DNA of 41,951 nucleotides from a virus (lineage: Duplodnaviria; Heunggongvirae; Uroviricota; Caudoviricetes), in the IMG/VR virus record IMGVR_UViG_3300008111_001458; one strand, written 5' to 3'. A program made the position numbers and the translations under genes. Shown here one piece after another: positions 8,559 through 15,307 of this stretch. The stretch's first letter is position 1. Every line of letters begins with the position of its first letter. The notes under the pieces were generated by a model. It was given only the letters and a program-made list of their open reading frames with translations, was not told the DNA's origin and ran no database searches.

Positions 8559-8662
8559 ATGTTCACAAAGGAGAACGACATGAAACGAGGTAAACAGTAG
8601 TGTCGCCTGGAATCCCGTATGGTCCAGGTTGGCACAGTAAATCAACTTAATACGGACTATAT

Positions 8663-8737
8663 GGGAGTATAGCTCAGCGGTAGAGCAGCGGACTTTTAAT
8701 CCGTTGGTCCAGGGTTCAAATCCCTGTGCTCCTACCA
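8663..8737 (+). tRNA. tRNA-Lys(TTT)
   Basis: ctTTTaa loop, CCA end. Confidence 0.95.
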
Positions 8738-8814
8738 TATAAAAACATATTAACCACAGCCTGCACACATAGAAGCAGGGTGCATAGCACATTGTTGTTC
8801 GTGTGTTTCTATAT

Positions 8815-8889
8815 GGTAATGTAGCATAACGGTAGTGCAGCACCTTCATACGGTGTTCAGTGAAAGTTCAACTCTTTCCATTACCACCA
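8815..8889 (+). tRNA. tRNA with CAT anticodon (elongator Met, or Ile2)
   Basis: ttCATac loop, paired 1:72, CCA end. Confidence 0.85.
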
Positions 8890-8890
8890 T

Positions 8891-8965
8891 GCCTGTTTAG
8901 CTCAGTGGTAGAGCATCGTCTTGATAAGGCGAGGGTCCGTGGATCGTTCCCACGAACAGGCACCA
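8891..8965 (+). tRNA. tRNA-Ile(GAT)
   Basis: ttGATaa loop, CCA end; atypical T-loop ATCGTTC. Confidence 0.9.
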
Positions 8966-8968
8966 AGT

Positions 8969-9189
8969 TTGTAGCGTCAGCAAGAGAAAAACACATTGTT
9001 GAGAGGTTCGAAACTTAATACAGTGTAAAGCAGATGTGGGTTCAACTCCCAGCGGATCGGAAGATCCGCGCAGATTGGTTGCCGCTGGTTAAGTATCTCA
9101 AGTGACATGTCCTGGAAAACCTCCGCATAAGGAAGTCCGGCTCTGTATGCGTAAACACTAGTGATAAACCTGAGGACACTAGGCTACAA
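8969..9189 (+). ncRNA. Candidate ~220-nt structured ncRNA between tRNA-Ile and tRNA-Arg
   Basis: Terminal stem TTGTAGC/GCTACAA, T-loop hairpin, GNRA hairpin and several 6-7 bp helices. Confidence 0.6.
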
Positions 9190-9195
9190 TTTAAT

Positions 9196-9272
9196 CGGTC
9201 CTTACGTCAACTGGAGAGACTACCTGTCTTCGAAACAGGAGGTTGTGGGTTCAAATCCTGCAGGACCGGCCA
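9196..9272 (+). tRNA. tRNA-Arg(TCG)
   Basis: ctTCGaa loop, CCA end. Confidence 0.9.
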
Positions 9273-9277
9273 GTTAT

Positions 9278-9353
9278 TGGGGATTCGCCAAGTTGGTAAG
9301 GCACCGGATTTTGATTCCGGCATTCGGTGGTTCGAGTCCATCATCCCCAGCCA
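9278..9353 (+). tRNA. tRNA-Gln(TTG)
   Basis: ttTTGat loop, U1-A72, GCCA end. Confidence 0.95.
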
Positions 9354-9355
9354 AT

Positions 9356-9431
9356 GGTGTCCTTAATGTAGTGGCCTGCATACTAGTCTGTGAAACTGGA
9401 AGTACGAGATCGATACTCGTAGGACACCCCA
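9356..9431 (+). tRNA. tRNA-His(GTG)
   Basis: ctGTGaa loop, encoded G-1 and C73; atypical T-loop ATCGATA. Confidence 0.9.
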
Positions 9432-9433
9432 AT

Positions 9434-9509
9434 GCTGCTTTAGCTGATGTGGTCATAGCGGCGGTCTGAAGAGCCGTTGAACTAGGTTCGATTCCTAGAG
9501 GCAGCACCA
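9434..9509 (+). tRNA. tRNA-Phe(GAA)
   Basis: ctGAAga loop, CCA end. Confidence 0.95.
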
Positions 9510-9512
9510 TAT

Positions 9513-9589
9513 GCGGATGTGATGGAATTGGTATACATATCAGACTTAAAATCTGAGTCCTGAGGGTTCGAGTCCCTCCATCCGTACCA
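9513..9589 (+). tRNA. tRNA-Leu(TAA), short variable region
   Basis: ctTAAaa loop, Leu-type D-loop, A73, CCA. Confidence 0.9.
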
Positions 9590-9605
9590 GAACAAGGAGA
9601 TTAAC

Positions 9606-9791
9606 ATGAAAACCTTATTATTCAAAAATCGTATGAACAGTGAACAATTTTATTGTAATGATCCTAAGGTTGTTCAAACTATAGATGGAGTGGAATATCT
9701 TGTTGTTCATCGACCAGGACAAGAAAGACAATTCCTTATGCGTAAAGATGCATTAGAAAAAATAGGAAAAGTTGTTGACAAGACTAAGTAA
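9606..9791 (+). CDS. Hypothetical protein (61 aa)
   Basis: AAGGAGA RBS; fills the gap between tRNAs. Confidence 0.75.
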   Translation: MKTLLFKNRMNSEQFYCNDPKVVQTIDGVEYLVVHRPGQERQFLMRKDALEKIGKVVDKTK

Positions 9792-9814
9792 TTCTGCAAT
9801 AATTAAATTTTTAT

Positions 9815-9891
9815 GCCCCGGTGACGGAATTGGTATACGTGTTGGTCTTAGAAGCCAAATTTTAGGAGTTCGAGTCTCCTCTGGGGCACCA
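9815..9891 (+). tRNA. tRNA-Leu(TAG), short variable region
   Basis: ctTAGaa loop, Leu-type D-loop, A73, CCA. Confidence 0.9.
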
Positions 9892-9900
9892 AGGAATATT

Positions 9901-10113
9901 ATGGAAGAAGATATTGACTTTTTTGAATTTGCAGAATTAATGCAGAAATATGAACAAGCTCTTGGTGGAATAGAATTTTCTATAGAACAAAAACCAGGAC
10001 CTCAGGAAGGCGATGAAGTTTGGCAACTCGACATTGATGGACAAACTGTGTTTTTTCAAAACTTTGATGAAGTTAAAGTTTACTTAGATAAATTAGTTGT
10101 AGAAAGAAATTAA
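9901..10113 (+). CDS. Acidic hypothetical protein (70 aa)
   Basis: AAGGA RBS before ATG 9901; the longer ORF call overlaps tRNA-Leu. Confidence 0.7.
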   Translation: MEEDIDFFEFAELMQKYEQALGGIEFSIEQKPGPQEGDEVWQLDIDGQTVFFQNFDEVKVYLDKLVVERN

Positions 10114-10114
10114 T

Positions 10115-10189
10115 GCATCGTTAGTTCAGCGGTAGAACGTCGCCCTTACAAGGCGAATGTCAGTGGTTCGACTCCATTACGATGCACCA
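10115..10189 (+). tRNA. tRNA-Val(TAC)
   Basis: ctTACaa loop, CCA end. Confidence 0.95.
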
Positions 10190-10198
10190 GCGTATCAG

Positions 10199-10298
10199 GC
10201 CTCTGTAGCTTAATTGGTAAAGACGGGAGCTTATATCTCCCCAAAGCACCGGCCAGATAAGCCGGCGTGTGCAGGTTCGAGTCCTGCCAGAGGCACCA
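10199..10298 (+). tRNA. tRNA-Ile(TAT) with ~29-nt extra arm
   Basis: GCCTCTG/CAGAGGC acceptor, GGGAG-ctTATat-CTCCC, TTCGAGT T-loop, ACCA. Confidence 0.8.
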
Positions 10299-10303
10299 GA
10301 ATT

Positions 10304-10391
10304 GGAGAGTTGGCCGAGTGGTTAAGGCAGCGGTTTGCTAAACCGTCGTTGCGAAAGTGGCGCATAGGTTCGAATCCTATACTCTCCGCCA
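10304..10391 (+). tRNA. tRNA-Ser(GCT)
   Basis: ttGCTaa loop, long variable arm, GCCA. Confidence 0.95.
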
Positions 10392-10411
10392 AGTTTATAA
10401 AAGGAAAAATA

Positions 10412-10603
10412 ATGTTAAAAGCAGGTCCAAACTTTAAGTTAAGTAAGCAGTCCAAAAGATTGATAGCAACTATTATTGATAATCACGAACGTGGCGCATT
10501 TAAACGTAGTGCTATTCAAGCAGAATTAGCAGCAGCTATTCAGCCCAAGAGAGAAAAAGGTAAACGAAACGAAGGATCTAGGGATAATGGTAGCAAAGAA
10601 TGA
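10412..10603 (+). CDS. Small basic hypothetical protein (63 aa)
   Basis: AAGGA RBS before ATG 10412 (MLKAGPNFKLSK). Confidence 0.7.
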   Translation: MLKAGPNFKLSKQSKRLIATIIDNHERGAFKRSAIQAELAAAIQPKREKGKRNEGSRDNGSKE

Positions 10604-10835
10604 TGTCACTGGGGATTCCATTCAGACTAAGTCAGCATCAAAATCTTACAGAGATAACTACGATAATATTTTTAGAAAGAACACTATGACACCTAAATTG
10701 CAAGAAAACGATAATGAAGTTGGTAAATGTGGCTGCGGTCGTAGTCCAACTGGAAAGTGCATCGGATGGCATTCATTGTCCGAATCAGAGTATCAAAAAC
10801 GTTTAGCAGAATCTAAAGCAGTACAACAATCCTAA
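10587..10835 (+). CDS. Hypothetical protein with CDGSH-like Cys/His motif
   Basis: CGCGRSPTGKCIGWH resembles the CxCxxS...CDGSH 2Fe-2S ligand pattern. Confidence 0.6.
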   Translation: MVAKNDVTGDSIQTKSASKSYRDNYDNIFRKNTMTPKLQENDNEVGKCGCGRSPTGKCIGWHSLSESEYQKRLAESKAVQQS

Positions 10836-10845
10836 GGAAACTATC

Positions 10846-11049
10846 GTGAGAGAACAATTACTCAAAGCTGCAAAAGCACACTTCAAAAGTCATGTTGAAA
10901 AGCATCGCATGAATGTAGAAGTAATGTTAAATAATCCAATTGCTATACATGATCACACAGATTGGATGACTGCAATGGAAAATGAAATAGCACACATTGC
11001 TGAATATGAAGATAAATTAGAAGTGTTAGATAAACATTTCGGTAAATGA
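10846..11049 (+). CDS. Hypothetical protein (67 aa)
   Basis: AAGGA RBS, GTG start. Confidence 0.75.
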   Translation: MREQLLKAAKAHFKSHVEKHRMNVEVMLNNPIAIHDHTDWMTAMENEIAHIAEYEDKLEVLDKHFGK

Positions 11050-11054
11050 AATTA

Positions 11055-11130
11055 GGGCCAGTAGCTCATCTGGGAGAGCAGGACCTTTGCAAGGTCAAGG
11101 TGGCGGGTTCAAGTCCTGTCTGGTCCACCA
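11055..11130 (+). tRNA. tRNA-Ala(TGC)
   Basis: ttTGCaa loop, G3:U70, ACCA. Confidence 0.95.
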
Positions 11131-11150
11131 AATAACAAAAAGGAAACATT

Positions 11151-11279
11151 ATGGCAGTTAAAGGTCAAGCAGGTACTCATAAAAGAGTTCACAAAAATAC
11201 TTGTCAAAATGGTAGTAAGACATCTACTGCGAATAAGAGTAATAAAACTCGCAAAGCATATAGAGGACAAGGACGATAA
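11151..11279 (+). CDS. Small basic protein (42 aa) ending YRGQGR
   Basis: AGGA RBS; MAVKGQAGTHKRVHKN...KAYRGQGR; below ORF-track cutoff. Confidence 0.7.
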   Translation: MAVKGQAGTHKRVHKNTCQNGSKTSTANKSNKTRKAYRGQGR

Positions 11280-11281
11280 TT

Positions 11282-11443
11282 ATGGGCGAGAAAGGTGATC
11301 CAATGAAAACCAAGACAGGAAAAACACGCCTTGGTCCTTTAAATCTTGCGCAACTCAATGACATGTTAGAGAAATCTAGCAGACCAAAAGATAAAGCAAA
11401 GATTCGTAATCGTATTAAACAATTAGAATCGAGCAGTAAGTAA
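11282..11443 (+). CDS. Small basic protein (53 aa)
   Basis: MGEKGDPMKTKTGKTRLGPLN...; starts 2 nt after the previous stop. Confidence 0.6.
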   Translation: MGEKGDPMKTKTGKTRLGPLNLAQLNDMLEKSSRPKDKAKIRNRIKQLESSSK

Positions 11444-11448
11444 AAAAC

Positions 11449-11524
11449 GCTGGAGTAGCTCAGTTGGTAGAGCTCCTGATTTGTAATCAGGCGGTCGAGG
11501 GTTCGAATCCTTTCTCCAGCACCA
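11449..11524 (+). tRNA. tRNA-Thr(TGT)
   Basis: ttTGTaa loop, CCA end. Confidence 0.95.
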
Positions 11525-11531
11525 ATTGTCT

Positions 11532-12230
11532 ATGAAGTTATTTGCAAATGGATGCAGCCACACATGGGGCGGCGGAATCTTAGAAGAACAAGGTTTTGAT
11601 GGAGTATTATGGCCTAGTTTTTTTAATAAAGAAGAACAAGATAAAAAAAATTATCGGCTGTCTTCTGTATGGCCATCTCATTTATCAAATTTATTAAATT
11701 GTACAGAAACAGTTAATTTTGCAATTGGGTGTGGATCAAATCAAAGAATAGTTAGAACAACGTTTGATTTTTTTATAGATAAAATAAAAAATAACGAAAA
11801 TTTATCAGACTGGGTTGCAGTTATACAATGGACTGAACCATCAAGATATGAAATTTATGATGAAAAATTTGATAGATTTAATTTAATAAAATTAGATGTT
11901 GTAATTCCTAATGTTAAACAAAATAGATACGAGTACTTACAAAATAGATTTTACGAATCTGATGAACTGTTTATTTCAGAATTTTTAGTTCATCTTAATT
12001 CTCTAGCATCGTTTTTTGACAAATGGAATATAAATTATAGATTTACTAGAATTAATCCTAGTCCGCCTATTCCAGACTATTATAAAAATAATTTAAAATG
12101 GGTTGATGAATTTAGTTCAATGTTAGATCATCATAAAATATTTCAATATAAATGCGGCCATCCAAACATAGAAGGTCATAAATTAATAGCTAAAGAACTT
12201 TACAATAGTTTTAAAAAAGATTATAATTAA
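11532..12230 (+). CDS. SGNH/GDSL-like hydrolase family protein
   Basis: ANGCSHTWG block I and HPNIEGH block V; very AT-rich. Confidence 0.6.
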   Translation: MKLFANGCSHTWGGGILEEQGFDGVLWPSFFNKEEQDKKNYRLSSVWPSHLSNLLNCTETVNFAIGCGSNQRIVRTTFDFFIDKIKNNENLSDWVAVIQWTEPSRYEIYDEKFDRFNLIKLDVVIPNVKQNRYEYLQNRFYESDELFISEFLVHLNSLASFFDKWNINYRFTRINPSPPIPDYYKNNLKWVDEFSSMLDHHKIFQYKCGHPNIEGHKLIAKELYNSFKKDYN

Positions 12231-12236
12231 GAATAT

Positions 12237-12311
<75 letters not shown>

Positions 12312-12319
12312 AATATCTA

Positions 12320-12418
12320 AGGCGGACCTGTAACCATATTCCGCCTCCGCTGACGCGAAAACAGGATGGGCTGCGCTCACGGGGTTTGACAATCTTCCTG
12401 ACACAAAAAAGATTGTCA
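12320..12418 (+). ncRNA. Candidate pseudoknotted small RNA
   Basis: AGGCGGA/TCCGCCT stem with loop CCTGT pairing to ACAGG; 10-bp TGACAATCTT/AAGATTGTCA stem. Confidence 0.5.
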
Positions 12419-12425
12419 CTTTTTC

Positions 12426-12452
12426 AAAAAGACTTGACTAAAGTCTTTTTTT
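12426..12452 (+). terminator. Terminator-like hairpin overlapping the next -35 box
   Basis: AAAAAGACTT/AAGTCTTTTT inverted repeat followed by a T-run. Confidence 0.55.
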
Positions 12453-12462
12453 ATCATATACT
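12434..12462 (+). promoter_or_regulatory. Sigma70-type promoter upstream of a non-coding element
   Basis: TTGACT(12434-12439)-17-TATACT(12457-12462). Confidence 0.7.
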
Positions 12463-12468
12463 AGTTTT

Positions 12469-12721
12469 GTTGTAACAGAAATGTTGCAACCGGTGAAGTA
12501 AAAGGTAGATGAGAATAGACATATTGTGGCTTCATGCCGCAATGACTTAATCTGGCAAACACTCTTGAAAAGTGTCGTGCTTGAGTGAACCGATTCCAAA
12601 TATCTTTTATTAGACTGTCAATTGCTGATCGGAAATATTCAGGCCTCTGTAGCCTGTTTGTTGCACGTTGTAGAAGGAAATGCCTCATACGCTATCCTGT
12701 CTGTCAATTGTCCGGTCTATT
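12469..12721 (+). ncRNA. Candidate ~250-nt structured ncRNA
   Basis: 5' GAAA-capped 9-bp hairpin, AATAGAC/GTCTATT closing stem, several internal hairpins; lies between two promoters. Confidence 0.55.
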
Positions 12722-12723
12722 AC

Positions 12724-12752
12724 TTGACCTTTTACCGAACCGTCATTATAAT
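12724..12752 (+). promoter_or_regulatory. Sigma70 promoter for the omega-like gene
   Basis: TTGACC(12724-12729)-17-TATAAT(12747-12752), then AAGGAG RBS. Confidence 0.8.
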
Positions 12753-12764
12753 AAGGAGCGAGCA

Positions 12765-13010
12765 ATGGCAAAAGTAACATCAGAAAAAGCAGTAGAACAA
12801 ATTGGAAACAGATTTAATTTAGTGCTAGCGGCATCACAACGTGCAAGAGAATTAAAAAATGGTTCTATGCAACGTGTAGAAGGAAAGGATGCCTCAACAA
12901 CTGTAACTGCACTAAGAGAAATTGAACAAGGCAAATATACTTGGAAAGATTATTTGAGCAAAGTTAAAGGCAAAAAAAGGAAAGAAACAGATGAATATCA
13001 CACTACGTAA
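12765..13010 (+). CDS. rpoZ: RNA polymerase omega subunit homologue
   Basis: [30 protein letters not shown]...[12 protein letters not shown] matches proteobacterial omega (MARVT..AVEKIGNRFDLVL.A..RARQ...TTVIALREIEEG); RBS supports ATG 12765. Confidence 0.9.
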   Translation: MAKVTSEKAVEQIGNRFNLVLAASQRARELKNGSMQRVEGKDASTTVTALREIEQGKYTWKDYLSKVKGKKRKETDEYHTT

Positions 13011-13563
13011 AGCAAGTGCTGTACAAAACAGCATCAATGAAGCAATCAAACATATCAAGATTGAAACTAATCTTGAACTCAACGAGTTTCAAAATGTAGA
13101 AGCAGAGATTGCTGCTGCACAAAAAAAACTAGAAGAAGCTGATCTTCGTCGTGAAAAGTTGTTGGTTGTACTCTACAACATTCGCGGCCTAGTTGGTCAA
13201 GCTAATGCCGAAAGCGGCATTGATCTTAAGTTGGCTCGTGCAGCCTATGTTGACAAGAGAATTAGTCAACTTGATGCTGTTGCTAACAGCAATGCAGTAA
13301 CCAGCCTTGACGTACTTAAAGGTAAACTTGAGAAAATCAAAAGTCTCAAAGACGAAGCACGTAGTCGCATTTATGGTTACGGCGACACTGTAACAACTTC
13401 TGTACTGACACAGGAAAAGATTGAAGCAATTCAATCCGAGATTAAAAATCTTAAAAAACAAAAACAAAAGCTCAATGACGAAATTCTTGAGCTTAATATT
13501 AAAACTGAGATTCCACTCAGTGACGAAGCAGCTCAAGTCCTTCAAATAGAAGGTTTGATCTAA
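12991..13563 (+). CDS. Coiled-coil hypothetical protein
   Basis: 190-aa ORF, helical heptad-rich. Confidence 0.8.
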   Translation: MNITLRKASAVQNSINEAIKHIKIETNLELNEFQNVEAEIAAAQKKLEEADLRREKLLVVLYNIRGLVGQANAESGIDLKLARAAYVDKRISQLDAVANSNAVTSLDVLKGKLEKIKSLKDEARSRIYGYGDTVTTSVLTQEKIEAIQSEIKNLKKQKQKLNDEILELNIKTEIPLSDEAAQVLQIEGLI

Positions 13564-13564
13564 C

Positions 13565-13761
13565 AGACCCCTGTTACACTTTTCAGGAAGAAAGTGCGCC
13601 ATTACCAAGCGATAGAAGGTACGGTGTTTAGGATCTACCGCAAGGCTCTCTTTAGGAGCGACTTGAGAAATCCTAGGTACGAACTGTAACGGCGCCAGAA
13701 GCAGAATACAGTGGACAGGGTAACAACTCAGTCTAGGGCGGACAGGGAACCGTGGCTAGAC
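13565..13761 (+). ncRNA. Candidate ~195-nt structured ncRNA
   Basis: GC-enriched non-coding stretch with many 5-7 bp complementary pairs. Confidence 0.5.
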
Positions 13762-13930
13762 ACTTTTATTGATAGCACTCTGCAGGTATCGTTTGTGGAC
13801 GCACAGACTCATGAAGAATAGGGCCATCTTTCTCTTCTGATAAAACTGCGGGCAATGGCTTATGAGGAGAATCGAACTCCACTCAGAAATTTGCTCAGTC
13901 CTATAAGGCTTGAGTACTATCAATAAAAGT
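13762..13930 (+). ncRNA. Candidate ~170-nt structured RNA closed by a 19-bp stem
   Basis: ACTTTTATTGATAGCACTC/GAGTACTATCAATAAAAGT (1 mismatch) plus internal helices. Confidence 0.55.
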
Positions 13931-13934
13931 TTGA

Positions 13935-14010
13935 CGCAGAGTATGGAAGTGGTCATCCGTCCGGTCTCATAAGCCGGGAATCGCAGGTTCGAATCCTGCC
14001 TCTGCAACCA
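13935..14010 (+). tRNA. tRNA-fMet(CAT), initiator-like
   Basis: C1:A72 mismatch, ctCATaa loop, ACCA. Confidence 0.9.
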
Positions 14011-14015
14011 ATTAC

Positions 14016-14094
14016 CCGGGTGTAGCTTAGTCTGGCTTAAAGCGCCTGCTTTGGGAGCAGGAGATCGTGAGTTCGAATCCCACTTCCCGGACCA
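14016..14094 (+). tRNA. tRNA-Pro(TGG)
   Basis: ttTGGga loop, ACCA. Confidence 0.9.
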
Positions 14095-14110
14095 TATTAA
14101 GGAGTATGAC

Positions 14111-14263
14111 ATGCCAATGTATGAAACAACTGTAAGAACATCCGGTGGTGAGGAAAAGAAAAGAATCTATGCAGATACACCGCAAGAGGCTAAAAAACTT
14201 TTTGAACAACTGTATGGTGGTCCTAGAGCAGTACCTTACATTCCTCATGTGGTACCAAGTTAA
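14111..14263 (+). CDS. Hypothetical protein (50 aa)
   Basis: AAGGAG RBS; MPMYETTVRTSGG; the longer ORF call overlaps tRNA-Pro. Confidence 0.7.
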   Translation: MPMYETTVRTSGGEEKKRIYADTPQEAKKLFEQLYGGPRAVPYIPHVVPS

Positions 14264-14313
14264 TTTCGCCCTGACACATGGCGTACAATGAGATAAGTAG
14301 TGTGTCATTTAAT

Positions 14314-14389
14314 GCGGGTGTAGCTCAGTTGGTAGAGCGTAACTTTGCCAAAGTTAAGGTCGACAGTTCGAGACTGTTCACCCGCTCCA
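14314..14389 (+). tRNA. tRNA-Gly(GCC)
   Basis: ttGCCaa loop, U73, CCA. Confidence 0.95.
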
Positions 14390-14400
14390 AAGGATATTAA

Positions 14401-14796
14401 ATGTTAGAATGTTTAATTGTAGGTGATAGTATTGCTGTTGGTACTGCTCAGTTCAGACCAGAATGTGTAAGTTTGAGTAAAGGCGGTATTAACAGTCATG
14501 ACTGGAATAAAAAGAATCGTGACAATCCCGTAGCAGCTAAAACTGTAATAATCAGTCTTGGATCTAACGATCATTCTGGCGTTCGCACACTCTGGGAATT
14601 ACAACAGTTAAGAAACAGAGTAAATGCAGATAAAGTATATTGGATAATGCCAGCTATCAAACCGCATATACAAAAGATGGTCGAACTAGTTGCAAAAGAT
14701 TATAATGATGTTATAATTCCAATTACTAAATTACAAAAAGATGGTGTTCACCCCACCGGAGCAGGTTATAAAGAGATTGCAGCAAAAACAAAATGA
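14401..14796 (+). CDS. SGNH/GDSL hydrolase family protein
   Basis: VGDSIAVG, SLGSND, DGVHPTGAGY blocks. Confidence 0.85.
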   Translation: MLECLIVGDSIAVGTAQFRPECVSLSKGGINSHDWNKKNRDNPVAAKTVIISLGSNDHSGVRTLWELQQLRNRVNADKVYWIMPAIKPHIQKMVELVAKDYNDVIIPITKLQKDGVHPTGAGYKEIAAKTK

Positions 14797-14814
14797 CTGT
14801 ATAATGTTTTTCAT

Positions 14815-14888
14815 GCGGGATTAGTTTAATGGTAAAACGAAAGCCTTCCAAGCTCTAGTCATCGGTTCGATTCCGATATTCCGCTCCA
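14815..14888 (+). tRNA. tRNA-Gly(TCC)
   Basis: ctTCCaa loop, U73, CCA. Confidence 0.95.
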
Positions 14889-14893
14889 AGTTT

Positions 14894-14968
14894 CTGGCTG
14901 TAGTTCAATGGATAGAACAAGGGTCTTCTAAACCCTAAATCTAGGTTCGATTCCTAGCAGCCGGGCCA
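14894..14968 (+). tRNA. tRNA-Arg(TCT)
   Basis: ctTCTaa loop, GCCA. Confidence 0.95.
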
Positions 14969-14975
14969 TTTACTA

Positions 14976-15051
14976 GCTGATGTGGCACAGTAGGTAGCGC
15001 ACATTCTTGGTAAGAATGAGGTCAGCGGTTCGATCCCGCTCATCAGCACCA
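14976..15051 (+). tRNA. tRNA-Thr(GGT)
   Basis: ttGGTaa loop, ACCA. Confidence 0.95.
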
Positions 15052-15064
15052 AATAAATAACAGT

Positions 15065-15307
15065 ATGAAAGAGCTACTGGAAAAGCTGCCGCAGATATTA
15101 GGAATGATGCCGCAAATCATTTCCTTTTTAAAATATATTCCTATCCTCATGCTATTAGCAGGTTTAGGTTACGGCGTTTATTATTTTGTTCAGAATAAAA
15201 AAGATCCTTACAAGTGTGTAAACAATCATGTATTTGAACAGTTGCGTATGGATTCAGATGTTTATGTATTTAAAGGCGGCACTTGTATAGATGCCAACGA
15301 TTTATAA
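15065..15307 (+). CDS. Small membrane protein
   Basis: Hydrophobic segment ILMLLAGLGYGVYYFV; ATAAATA late-type box at 15053-15059. Confidence 0.75.
   Translation: MKELLEKLPQILGMMPQIISFLKYIPILMLLAGLGYGVYYFVQNKKDPYKCVNNHVFEQLRMDSDVYVFKGGTCIDANDL

Noticed and set aside
9130-9189. GGAAGTCCGGCTC resembles RNase P RNA conserved region I
   Set aside because: It sits near the 3' end of the element with only about 40 nt following, leaving no room for the other conserved regions.
12347-12365. CTGACG...CGAAA resembles a hammerhead core
   Set aside because: The required stem I pairing and core spacing could not be built.
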